A stretch of 62,266 nucleotides of DNA, the filler included, from Actinomycetota bacterium (lineage in GTDB: Bacteria; Actinomycetota; CADDZG01; JAHWKV01; JAOPZY01), in NCBI GenBank assembly GCA_025963875.1. It is 8 parts of 8 records of this genome, joined end to end, with 100 filler letters (N's around TTAATTAATTAA, not from the genome) between each part and the next. Parts side by side here need not be neighbours in the genome. Positions count along the whole stretch, not along the records: positions 7,409 to 35,384 come from JAOPZY010000133.1; 7 more parts are not named here. The stretch is one strand, 5' to 3'. The position numbers and the translations under genes were made by a program. The notes under the pieces were generated by a model. It made no database searches. It had not been told where the DNA came from and saw only the letters and a list, made by a program, of their open reading frames with translations. This document shows positions 19,339-28,099 of the stretch, in pieces. The first letter of the stretch is position 1; each line of letters opens with the position of its first letter.

Positions 19339-19905
19339 ATGAGCCCGTCAGCAGCGCACGCCCTGTCCACGGCAAGCCCCTACACCTACCTGCCCAAGGT
19401 GCCGTCGTTCCACCTCTCGAGCGAGACGATCACCGATGGCCAACCGCTGCCGCCCGCCCAGCTGTCGAAGCTGTTCGGCGTGCCCGGCGGCGAGGATAGC
19501 TCTCCCCAGCTGTCGTGGTCGGGGTTTCCGGCCGAGACGAAGAGCTTCGTCGTGTCGATGTACGACCCGCAGGCACCGACCGGCAGCGGCTTCTGGCACT
19601 GGGTGGTCGTCGACATCCCCGCCTCCACGACCTCTCTGCCTGCCGGCGCCGGCGCGGCGGATGGGACCCTGCTCCCCGGCGACTCCTTCCAGCTGGCGGG
19701 CGACGCCGGTGCCCACCAGTACGTCGGCGGAGCGCCCCCGGCGGGCTCCGGCATCCACGACTATTACATCACCGTGACAGCCCTCGACATCGACAAGTCC
19801 GGTCTTGACGAAAGCGCCAGCGCCGCCTACCTGGGTTTCGCCATTGGCGCCCATACCATCGCCCGGGCATCCATCGTGTGCCCGACCGCGGCAGGCGGCG
19901 AATAG
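19339..19905 (+). CDS. YbhB/YbcL (PEBP/RKIP-like) protein
   Basis: SPQLSWSGFP, YDPQAPTGSGFWHW, GGAPPAGSGIHDY. Confidence 0.93.
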   Translation: MSPSAAHALSTASPYTYLPKVPSFHLSSETITDGQPLPPAQLSKLFGVPGGEDSSPQLSWSGFPAETKSFVVSMYDPQAPTGSGFWHWVVVDIPASTTSLPAGAGAADGTLLPGDSFQLAGDAGAHQYVGGAPPAGSGIHDYYITVTALDIDKSGLDESASAAYLGFAIGAHTIARASIVCPTAAGGE

Positions 19906-19937
19906 CCCCCCGGCCGGCCGCACCCCAGGAGGAGACC

Positions 19938-20531
19938 ATGACGAGAACCAGAATCCTGTGCCTTCACGGGTGTCACGGCAGCGCCGCAATCCTGCGCCGC
20001 CAGATGGCTCCCCTGGCGGCGAGCTTTCCCGCTGGTGTCGAGCTTGTCCTGGTCGACGCCCCGTCGCTGTCGGCGGGTGACTTTGGCTGGTGGCACGAAG
20101 GGTTCCGTGGGTGGGAGCGCACCCGCGACTGGGTCATCGAACTCTTTAGCTCGCAGCAATTCGACGGAGTCTTCGGCTTCAGTCAGGGCGCAGCGCTGAC
20201 AGGGCTGCTGGCGGCCGTCCGGGAAGCTGAATCGGCACCCGTCTCCTTCGACCTGGCCATCATGGTTGGCGGCTTCACAAGCACGCTGCCGCAACACTCG
20301 CATCTCTTCGGGCGCAAGCTGGCTGTTCCGTCTCTCCACGTCACCGGCCGCAGTGACCGCATCGTGCCGATGCGCGATTCCCTGCTGCTGGCTGAGCGCT
20401 TCGCACACCCGGTGATCATCGAGCACCGCGGCGGACACGTCATCCCCGACGACCCGGCTGTCACGACGCGGATCGCTGAGTTCGTGGCAAGCCATGCCAA
20501 GGTCACCAGCCGCGGGGTAGGAAATGGATGA
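19938..20531 (+). CDS. FSH1-like serine hydrolase
   Basis: RILCLHG, GFSQGA, GRSDRIVP, HRGGHVIP. Confidence 0.9.
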   Translation: MTRTRILCLHGCHGSAAILRRQMAPLAASFPAGVELVLVDAPSLSAGDFGWWHEGFRGWERTRDWVIELFSSQQFDGVFGFSQGAALTGLLAAVREAESAPVSFDLAIMVGGFTSTLPQHSHLFGRKLAVPSLHVTGRSDRIVPMRDSLLLAERFAHPVIIEHRGGHVIPDDPAVTTRIAEFVASHAKVTSRGVGNG

Positions 20532-21162
20532 GCGGCTCGTCTCCACACCCGTCGGCACCGCGCGTCTCGATTGGTTCCCCCCACAGGGCAGGCAGCGCGC
20601 TACCGTCGTTCTGGGGCACGGGAACGCTACGGGCGTGGAAGCGATGGACCTGCAAGCTCTGGCCCGGGCGCTGCCACCACTCGGCATCACGGTGGTCCTG
20701 GTGACACAGCCCTATCGCGTCGACGGCAATCCCAAGGTGGCCGACGAACAGTCCCTGGACCGGGCGTGGACCGCAATCTGGCCCAGTGTGAGCGGTCTCG
20801 CAGTACCTCTGGTGGCCGGCGGCCGGAGCGCAGGATCGCAGGTCGCTTGCCGCACAGCACGAGCGCTCGGCGCAGATGCCGTGCTGGCCCTCGCCTACCC
20901 GCTGCTCGGCCCGGGCAGCCCGGCCGAATTGCTGGCCACCGGGAGACCAACCCTCGTCGTCCAGGGCGGCCGAGACCCCTTCGGTCGCCCCGATCAGTTC
21001 CCGAAGCTGCCGCCGGATTTCGAACTCGTCGAGATTCCCTCGGCCAACCACATGTTCGGCACGGGAAGGCCTAGCGGAGGTCCTGAGCCACTCGCACAGG
21101 TGACGGAAGCGGTGATCGACTGGTTAGACCGGCGGCTGCGCGGGGCTGCGCCGATCCGTTGA
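20524..21162 (+). CDS. Alpha/beta hydrolase
   Basis: GGRSAG nucleophile elbow, LAYPL, QGGRDPFG, ANH. Confidence 0.88.
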   Translation: MDERLVSTPVGTARLDWFPPQGRQRATVVLGHGNATGVEAMDLQALARALPPLGITVVLVTQPYRVDGNPKVADEQSLDRAWTAIWPSVSGLAVPLVAGGRSAGSQVACRTARALGADAVLALAYPLLGPGSPAELLATGRPTLVVQGGRDPFGRPDQFPKLPPDFELVEIPSANHMFGTGRPSGGPEPLAQVTEAVIDWLDRRLRGAAPIR

Positions 21163-21666
21163 CGTGGGTGGGACTTCGACGACACGGCCATCCTCTTCGC
21201 CGAAGTCCCAGACGTCGATAAGCGGCGGTTCCACGCCGAGCGCCGTGAGGGCGGTGCAGATCTGGCTCCGGTGATCGGTCCCGTGGTGCAGCGCCTGGGC
21301 GAGCCGGATGCTCACCGGGGCGTGGGTCTCGGACCCGTCGCCACGGCGCCGCACGAAGACGGCGTCCGGGTCGATGTCCTCTGCCAGGAGCCGCGACCAG
21401 GCGGCGCCGTTGCCCTCCATCGCGGCCCGGAGCTCCGGGAGGTCCATGTGGTCCTCGTCGATAAGAGAGGTGCGGTTCCCGCTCATGACGTAGAGGTACC
21501 AGGTGTCGGACCCGACGAGGTGGCGCACCGTCTCGAGGATCGAGCCGTAGGTCCCAGGGACGGCGCTCCCCAGTTGCTCCGGGCTGAGTGCGAGGCACGT
21601 ATCCACCAATCGGAGCGTTGCCCACACGTGGTGGCCGAACGCGTCCCCCAGCAATGACCCGCTCAT
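21124..21666 (-). CDS. DinB-family protein
   Basis: HHVWAT, GTYGSILETVRHL, HHGTDHRSQI. Confidence 0.9.
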   Translation of the reverse strand: MSGSLLGDAFGHHVWATLRLVDTCLALSPEQLGSAVPGTYGSILETVRHLVGSDTWYLYVMSGNRTSLIDEDHMDLPELRAAMEGNGAAWSRLLAEDIDPDAVFVRRRGDGSETHAPVSIRLAQALHHGTDHRSQICTALTALGVEPPLIDVWDFGEEDGRVVEVPPTSTDRRSPAQPPV

Positions 21667-21955
21667 CCCGGCCACCATAACCGACTCCAGTCGCACGTCG
21701 AGAAAACCACTGAGGGGCGGCAATCTGGGCGATCCGATCGAGCGCCGCTCTGCTTCCGCCCAGCGGCCAGCCGGCGCTCCGGCCACGGCGAGACCCATTC
21801 CCCTCTCGGGGGATGGCGACCCAGGCCAAAAGGAGGACCCCACTGCTACTTATGGGCTATCTCCTTTTTCCTCCAAACGGTCGACATTCATCTAGCAAGG
21901 AAGGGTGGGGCAGGGGACGGCAACAAGGGGGCAGTGACATTCACAGACAAGGCGC

Positions 21956-23782
21956 GTGAGAATTATGTTCCGTAAATCTCAAGTTGTTGAAGAGGACCGC
22001 AGACAGACGGACGACGCTCGCTTGCCAGACGCAGGCTCGCCCGAGAGCGGCTCCGAGGCTTCCGGCACCGTCATTGACCTCCGCGAGATGGATCGCTGGC
22101 CGGCCCTGCCGGGTTCACCGAAGCTGGGCGAGATGCTCGTGAGAAAGCAGTTCGTCACCCACGCCCAGCTGTCCGAGGCCCTCTTGCAGCAATCGGCATC
22201 GGGGAAGCGACTCGGCACGCTGCTCGTCGAGCTCGGGATCCTGGACGAGCGCAATCTCGCGGCAACCGTTGCCGATCAACTCGGGCTGCCGCTGGCCGAC
22301 CTGAGGCGGCAGGCGCCGGAGCCCGAGGCCCTCGCGCTGGTGCCCGAGGCCCTCGCCCGCAGCCGGCGTGCCCTCCCGCTGCGGGTCACCGCCGCGGGGA
22401 TCGAGATCGCCGTGGCAGATCCGGGCCCGAAGATCCGGGAGGAACTTTCCGCGGCGGCCGGGCGCGACGTGATCCTTCTCGTGGCCCCGGTCTCGGATAT
22501 CGAGCGGGCCATCGACAGCTCCTACCGGGCCCTGACCGGCATCGAGTCCGAGGTCGAGGCCTTCCAGCTCGTCGCCAGCTCGCGCCACGTCGAGGCCGTC
22601 ATCCAGCAGAGCGTCACGGCCGACGCCCCCGTGGTGAAGGTCGTCAACCTCATCATCACGCAGGGGCTGCGGGACCGGGCCTCCGACATCCACATCGAGC
22701 CGCAGGAAGACCGGCTGCGGATCCGGTACCGCATCGACGGGGCCCTCCACGACGTCATCGCCCTGCCGTCATCGATGGCGCCGGCGGTGATCAGCCGGCT
22801 GAAGATCCTGGCCGAGATGAACATCGTCGAGCGCCAGCGCTCCCAGGATGGTCAGATCTCCATGACCATCGACGGGCGCCAGGTCGACATCCGGGTAGCG
22901 ACGACGGCGACGATCTGGGGTGAGAAGGCGGTGCTGCGCCTCCTCGACAAGTCGAAGCGGCTCTACCGCCTGGACGATCTCGGGATGTCGCCCGAGGTGC
23001 ACAGCGCCTACTCCCGGCTCATTCGCATGCCCTTCGGGATGGTGATCTGCGCCGGCCCCACGGGGAGCGGCAAGACCACCACGCTCTACGCCACCCTCAA
23101 CGAGGTCAACGACTCCCAGCGCAACGTCATGACGATCGAGGACCCGGTCGAATACATCCTCCCGTCCATCAACCAGATCCAGATCCGGGAGCAGGCGGGG
23201 ATCTCGTTCGCCGGAGGGCTCAAGTCCATCCTCCGCCAGGACCCCGACGTCATCCTCGTCGGCGAGATCCGCGACGTCGAGACGGCCCGGATCGCCGTGC
23301 AGTCGGCGCTCACGGGGCACTTCGTCATGTCGTCGCTGCACGCCACGGACGCCGCGGCGGCCCTCCACCGGCTCCTCGACATGGGCATCGAGTCGTTCCT
23401 CGTCTCATCGTCGGTGGTCGGCGTGGTGGGTCAGCGCCTGCTGCGCCGGATCTGCCGGGCCTGCATGGTGGCCTACCAGCCGGGGCCCGACGAGCTCGCC
23501 TTTTACGGGGAGTCCGGGGGCACGTGGAAGGAGCAGTTCTGGCACGGCGAAGGGTGCAACCTCTGCTCGAACACGGGCTACCAGGAGCGCATCGGCGTGT
23601 ACGAACTGCTGGTTGTCACCGACGAGATCAAGAACCTCCTCGTCAAGAACGGCACCCACGAAGAACTCCGGGCGATGGCGACGAGCCAGGGGATGCACCC
23701 GCTGCGCGAGCAGGCAACGAGGCTCGTCACCCAGGACATCACGACCATCGCCGAAGTCATGCGCAACATCTACACCCTCTAA
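21956..23782 (+). CDS. pilB: Type IV pilus assembly ATPase (GspE/PilB) with MshEN-like N-domain
   Basis: ASDIHIEP, GPTGSGKT, TIEDPVE, LRQDPD, TGH, CxxC...CxxC; tandem (K/R)LG motifs at the N-terminus. Start may be ATG 21965. Confidence 0.93.
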   Translation: MRIMFRKSQVVEEDRRQTDDARLPDAGSPESGSEASGTVIDLREMDRWPALPGSPKLGEMLVRKQFVTHAQLSEALLQQSASGKRLGTLLVELGILDERNLAATVADQLGLPLADLRRQAPEPEALALVPEALARSRRALPLRVTAAGIEIAVADPGPKIREELSAAAGRDVILLVAPVSDIERAIDSSYRALTGIESEVEAFQLVASSRHVEAVIQQSVTADAPVVKVVNLIITQGLRDRASDIHIEPQEDRLRIRYRIDGALHDVIALPSSMAPAVISRLKILAEMNIVERQRSQDGQISMTIDGRQVDIRVATTATIWGEKAVLRLLDKSKRLYRLDDLGMSPEVHSAYSRLIRMPFGMVICAGPTGSGKTTTLYATLNEVNDSQRNVMTIEDPVEYILPSINQIQIREQAGISFAGGLKSILRQDPDVILVGEIRDVETARIAVQSALTGHFVMSSLHATDAAAALHRLLDMGIESFLVSSSVVGVVGQRLLRRICRACMVAYQPGPDELAFYGESGGTWKEQFWHGEGCNLCSNTGYQERIGVYELLVVTDEIKNLLVKNGTHEELRAMATSQGMHPLREQATRLVTQDITTIAEVMRNIYTL

Positions 23783-23838
23783 AACGAGGGAGACCTTCCG
23801 AAGGCTGGACCTTTTAGCGCTGTGCGAGCGAGGTAGAC

Positions 23839-25041
23839 ATGGACCGCAACGAGTTCAACGCCCGGGTGATCACCGATTATCGCGGGCTCCCCGCTGGCAC
23901 CTTCCCGATGCCCTCGGCTGAGAGCCCGGAGAGTTTGGTGGGTCCCGGCGGCGGCGAGAAGAAGAAAAAGAGCATCTGGCAATTCGAGGTCACCAAGAAG
24001 CGGGTGCCGCGCGCCGATCTCATGAACTTCTCGCGCCAGCTCGCGGCCTTCATCCGCGCGGGCATCCCGATCCTGGAGGCCATCGACACGTTCGCCCAGG
24101 AGGCGGGCAACCGGACGTTCAAGGAAGCGCTGGTCGATATCGGAGCTTCCCTCCGCCAGGGGGAGACCTTTTCGGCGGCGGTTGCGGCGCACGGGAAGAC
24201 CTTCCCGAGTTTCTACGTGGACATGCTGAGGGCGGCCGAGCTCACGGGGCGCCTTGACTCGGTGCTGGACCAGCTTTCCCGCTACATCGAGCGGGACCTG
24301 GAGGCCAGGCGGAAGATCCGCTCGGCCATGACGTACCCGGCGCTGATCGGCGTTATGTCGCTGGGGACGGTCGGGATCCTCTCTGTCTTTGTCCTGCCCC
24401 GGTTCAAGACCTTCTTCGCATCGTTCCATGCGAAGCTGCCGCTGGCCACTCGTATGGTGCTCGCTGCCGGCAACTTCGTCGGCACCTGGTGGTGGGCAAT
24501 CCTCATTGGCGTCGTCACTGCTGTCGTCGCGATCGTCGTGGCACTGAGGACCACCCCGGGTCGAGTCGCCCTGGACAAGGCTTTGCTCAAACTTCCGGTC
24601 GTGTCCGACGTGGTCCGCTTCGCAATCGTCGAACGGACCTGCCGGATCCTCGCCTCGATGGTGAAGGCTGGAGTTCCGCTCCCGGACGCCATGGTCGTCG
24701 TGGCGGAAAGCGCAGGGAACAAGGTCTACGAACGTGCCCTCGGCAAGGTCCGCGCAGCGATGCTTGAAGGTGAAGGAATCGCGACCCCCATCACCCGGAC
24801 GAATCTCTTCCCGGCTGCGGTGACCCAGATGGTCCGCGTCGGAGAGAACACCGGCACGCTGGACATCCAGCTCGAGACCGCTGCGGCGTTCTACGAGCAG
24901 GAGCTCGACTACAAGATCAAGAAACTCACCACCCTCTTTGAGCCGGCCATGATCATCTTCATGGGCCTCGTCGTGGGCTTTGTCGCCATCGCCCTGGTCT
25001 CCGCGATGTACGGCATCTTCCGGCAGGTGAACCTGCAGTGA
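23839..25041 (+). CDS. pilC: Type IV pilus platform protein (GspF/PilC)
   Basis: FSRQLA, SAMTYP, VGENTGTL, LFEPAMI. Confidence 0.93.
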   Translation: MDRNEFNARVITDYRGLPAGTFPMPSAESPESLVGPGGGEKKKKSIWQFEVTKKRVPRADLMNFSRQLAAFIRAGIPILEAIDTFAQEAGNRTFKEALVDIGASLRQGETFSAAVAAHGKTFPSFYVDMLRAAELTGRLDSVLDQLSRYIERDLEARRKIRSAMTYPALIGVMSLGTVGILSVFVLPRFKTFFASFHAKLPLATRMVLAAGNFVGTWWWAILIGVVTAVVAIVVALRTTPGRVALDKALLKLPVVSDVVRFAIVERTCRILASMVKAGVPLPDAMVVVAESAGNKVYERALGKVRAAMLEGEGIATPITRTNLFPAAVTQMVRVGENTGTLDIQLETAAAFYEQELDYKIKKLTTLFEPAMIIFMGLVVGFVAIALVSAMYGIFRQVNLQ

Positions 25042-25505
25042 CGGTCATCCTCCGGCGCCTCCGCTGCGATGCGGGCACGACCCTGATCGAGGCTCTCATG
25101 ACCATTGCCATCATGGCCGCTTGCTTCGCAGCGATTCTCGGGGGGGTATCGACCCAGATCCTGATGTCGGACCTCCACCGCAAGCAGGCTTCCGCCCAGA
25201 CGATCCTGCGGAGCTACGCCGATGCAATCGAAGCGTCCACGACCTGGCGCGGCTGTGCAGCCGTCACGAGCGACTACGCCCCAGGGCAGGTGTCCTACTC
25301 CGACTACGCCAGCGGGTACACGCCGTCCGCGACAGCCGTCAGGTACTGGGATGCTGCCGGCGCCACATTCGCGTCGACCTGCACGACCGACCCCGGCCTG
25401 CAGCTCGTCACGATCCAGGTCCGAACGGATCGTGCGACCGAGTCGATGGATGTCGTCAAACGGTGCCTTGGGGCACGGACTGCGGCAGGTGGGCCATGTC
25501 CCTGA
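25038..25505 (+). CDS. Minor pilin
   Basis: Class III signal DAG/TTLIE followed by a hydrophobic helix. Confidence 0.85.
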   Translation: MTVILRRLRCDAGTTLIEALMTIAIMAACFAAILGGVSTQILMSDLHRKQASAQTILRSYADAIEASTTWRGCAAVTSDYAPGQVSYSDYASGYTPSATAVRYWDAAGATFASTCTTDPGLQLVTIQVRTDRATESMDVVKRCLGARTAAGGPCP

Positions 25506-26077
25506 ACGCCCTCCGAGACGACGAGCGCGGCTTCACCCTCGTCGAGCTCCTCATCACGATTGTCATCCTCGGCATCGTCGTGCCGGCGCTGGCGGCGGGC
25601 GTCGTTTCCATCCTGCACAACTCGGCCACGACGACCCAACGGCTGTACGAGTCCCATGACGCGCAGATCGCCGCGGCGTACTTCGCCAATGACGTCCAGG
25701 GCGCCGACCTGCCGGTACCAAGCACCGACAGCCGGTGTGACAAGGCCGGGACCACGGCGGTCGTGCGATTTGCATGGACCGAATACGACACGGCGGCAGT
25801 GCCCGCTGCCTACAAAGTCGTGGTCTATTCAAAGGACACGTCGGTCGGGACGGTACCGGTGCTCCGGCGGCGGTTCTGCCAGGGCACCCCGAACTCGGCC
25901 GCCCTCAGCGCCACGCCGGTGAGCGACGTCGTGATTGCCCACTACCTTTCGTCGGTGACGGCCCCCAGCGTCTGCTTGGCTTCGTGTCTGGGGCAGCCGG
26001 CCAGCTCCATCGTTCTGACCGCGGTCGAGCAGTCCGGCTACACCTTCAAGGTCGCGGGCATCAGGAGGGCAGCATGA
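25496..26077 (+). CDS. Minor pilin
   Basis: ERG/FTLVELLITIVILG. Confidence 0.9.
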   Translation: MSLNALRDDERGFTLVELLITIVILGIVVPALAAGVVSILHNSATTTQRLYESHDAQIAAAYFANDVQGADLPVPSTDSRCDKAGTTAVVRFAWTEYDTAAVPAAYKVVVYSKDTSVGTVPVLRRRFCQGTPNSAALSATPVSDVVIAHYLSSVTAPSVCLASCLGQPASSIVLTAVEQSGYTFKVAGIRRAA

Positions 26078-27492
26078 GAGCTCGGCTCCGCAGGCTCGAC
26101 GAGACCGGCAGCGCGCTGATTCTTGCGCTCATCTTCCTGGCGGTCCTGTCCGTGGGCGCAGCGGCAATCCTGGCCTTGGCCGACACGAGCATCCGGGCAA
26201 CGCTCGCCGTCCGTACGCAAGGGTCCACGAGCTACTCGGCCGACGGGGCCGTGCAGGCCGCCGTCAACAACATCAGATCAGCGAGGGACGCCAACGGCAA
26301 CCTCATTGGCGTCAACGGTGCCTACACGACCCCGACTGGAGGAAACAACTGTCCCACCCTCAGTCTCACGGTCGATGGGGTGGCCTCCCAGGTGACGTGT
26401 CAACCGACAGACGCCAGCGGCAGGGGGACCCCGGTGAACAACGCCAACAACGATCCCCAGTACGCCGTCCTCACGATGGCGACGAGCGGTACGGGCGTCT
26501 TCGAGAGTTCCAACAACACCATCTCCATCGGGGGGGATGTGTTCGTCAACTCGAGCATCGACTTGAAGAACTCGGTCACCTGGAACGTAACCGGAGCCGT
26601 CAAGACCAACGCCTGCCTGGAGTCGGCTGGCCCGGGCACCATCTCCACGACTCCTCCCGGCGGCCTCAACTGCGCTATCGGGACGCCGAAGACGGACCCC
26701 GGGATCGGAACGGCGACCTACGACCCCCTCGTCACGGCGATCACCACCCCGGCGGCGAAGCAGTGCATTGGTAATGCCACCACCTTCTATCCGGGCACGT
26801 ACAGCACGCTGGCGTCGCTGAGTGCGGCGGGCGGGTGCCCTGCCGGCGGCGTGGCCGTCTTCACCCGGGGCAACTACTACTTCAATTACCCCGGTACCTG
26901 GACCGACCCCTACAGCAGGATCATCGGGGGCGTGCCGACCGGCGCCGCACCCGGCACGGACTGCGACGTGACGCAACCGGGCGTCCAGTGGGTCTTCGGC
27001 GGCAGCAGCGCGATTGTCGCTGTGAAGGAAGAGATCTACCTCTGTGCCCCGGTTCTGACGGCCGGTCGCCAGCAGATCTCCCTGTACGGGCTCACCTCGC
27101 GGGCGACGAGTCCCTTCACACCCGAGACCGCCGGCACCACGCTCCTCGACATCTCCGGTAATGGCGCCAACCTCCTCGTCAGGGGCACCGTGTACGCACC
27201 AAATGCCAACTTCAGCGTCAAGCTGCAGGGTGGCGCGTCGAACACCATGTTCAACCGCGGCATCATTGCCAACTCCCTCAGCCTCGACCTGACCGGAGGC
27301 GCCGCCGCCGGGGGGACAATCCGGGTGCCCCCCATCGTGCCCATGCCCGCGTCGGCGAACCGGACGGTCATGTTCGCTGTGACCAACGGAGGCCGGACGA
27401 GGGCCAAGGCCGTCGTGCAATTCGACGACACCACGAGTCCCGCGATTCCCGGCAAACAGGTGACCGTGCAGTCGTGGAGCGTGTACCGATGA
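26074..27492 (+). CDS. Large PilX-like minor pilin / putative tip adhesin
   Basis: ETG/SALILALIFL (no Glu5); long Gly/Thr/Cys-rich beta domain. Confidence 0.8.
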   Translation: MRARLRRLDETGSALILALIFLAVLSVGAAAILALADTSIRATLAVRTQGSTSYSADGAVQAAVNNIRSARDANGNLIGVNGAYTTPTGGNNCPTLSLTVDGVASQVTCQPTDASGRGTPVNNANNDPQYAVLTMATSGTGVFESSNNTISIGGDVFVNSSIDLKNSVTWNVTGAVKTNACLESAGPGTISTTPPGGLNCAIGTPKTDPGIGTATYDPLVTAITTPAAKQCIGNATTFYPGTYSTLASLSAAGGCPAGGVAVFTRGNYYFNYPGTWTDPYSRIIGGVPTGAAPGTDCDVTQPGVQWVFGGSSAIVAVKEEIYLCAPVLTAGRQQISLYGLTSRATSPFTPETAGTTLLDISGNGANLLVRGTVYAPNANFSVKLQGGASNTMFNRGIIANSLSLDLTGGAAAGGTIRVPPIVPMPASANRTVMFAVTNGGRTRAKAVVQFDDTTSPAIPGKQVTVQSWSVYR

Positions 27493-27643
27493 ACCGCCGA
27501 GGGATGCCACCCGGAAGGGGGTGGTTGGGTTAGGGCGACTCGATGAAGACGGCTCCCGAGGCTGCCACGAGGAGATTTTGAGACAGCAAAGCGAAGACAG
27601 GAAAGCGCGCCAGGGCGGCGTGCCCAAAAGAAAGGGAAAGAAG

Positions 27644-28000
27644 ATGATGCAGCGAATTCGAAACTTGAAGGCTCATGAGGGTGGATTCACCCTCATTGAA
27701 CTGCTGATCGTGATCGTGATCCTGGGCATCCTGGCCGCCATCGTCGTGTTCGCCGTCGGCGGCATTACGGACCGCGGGACCCTGTCGGCCTGCAAGTCCG
27801 ACAAGAAGAGCATCGAAGTCGGCGTCGAAGCCGCGTTCGCACAGAACGCCGCCTACCCGGCAAACGTCGCGGCTCTGGTGCCCACGTTCCTGCACCAGGT
27901 GCCCAGCACTGCCCACTACACCCTTGCGCTGAGCGCAGCGACGCCTCCGCTGGTGACCGTGGCCGCCGGTACCGCTGACGGCCCTCCCGCCGGCTGCTAG
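27644..28000 (+). CDS. pilA: Probable major pilin
   Basis: EGG/FTLIELLIVIVILGILAAIV; short, two Cys, own 150-bp upstream region. Confidence 0.85.
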   Translation: MMQRIRNLKAHEGGFTLIELLIVIVILGILAAIVVFAVGGITDRGTLSACKSDKKSIEVGVEAAFAQNAAYPANVAALVPTFLHQVPSTAHYTLALSAATPPLVTVAAGTADGPPAGC

Positions 28001-28099
28001 GACGGTTCCATCGCTTGAACGGAGAGGCCCGGGCCATGTGCCCGAGCCTCTCCGTCGTTCGTGACCACGCCAAGATCGCCGACGGGGGGAGACGGTCCG

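Noticed and set aside
27493..27643. c-di-GMP riboswitch upstream of pilA
   Set aside because: Only a short ccaccc/gggtgg hairpin; the conserved riboswitch motifs are not recognisable.
27644..28000. Electrically conductive e-pilin
   Set aside because: Aromatic residues are sparse with long gaps.
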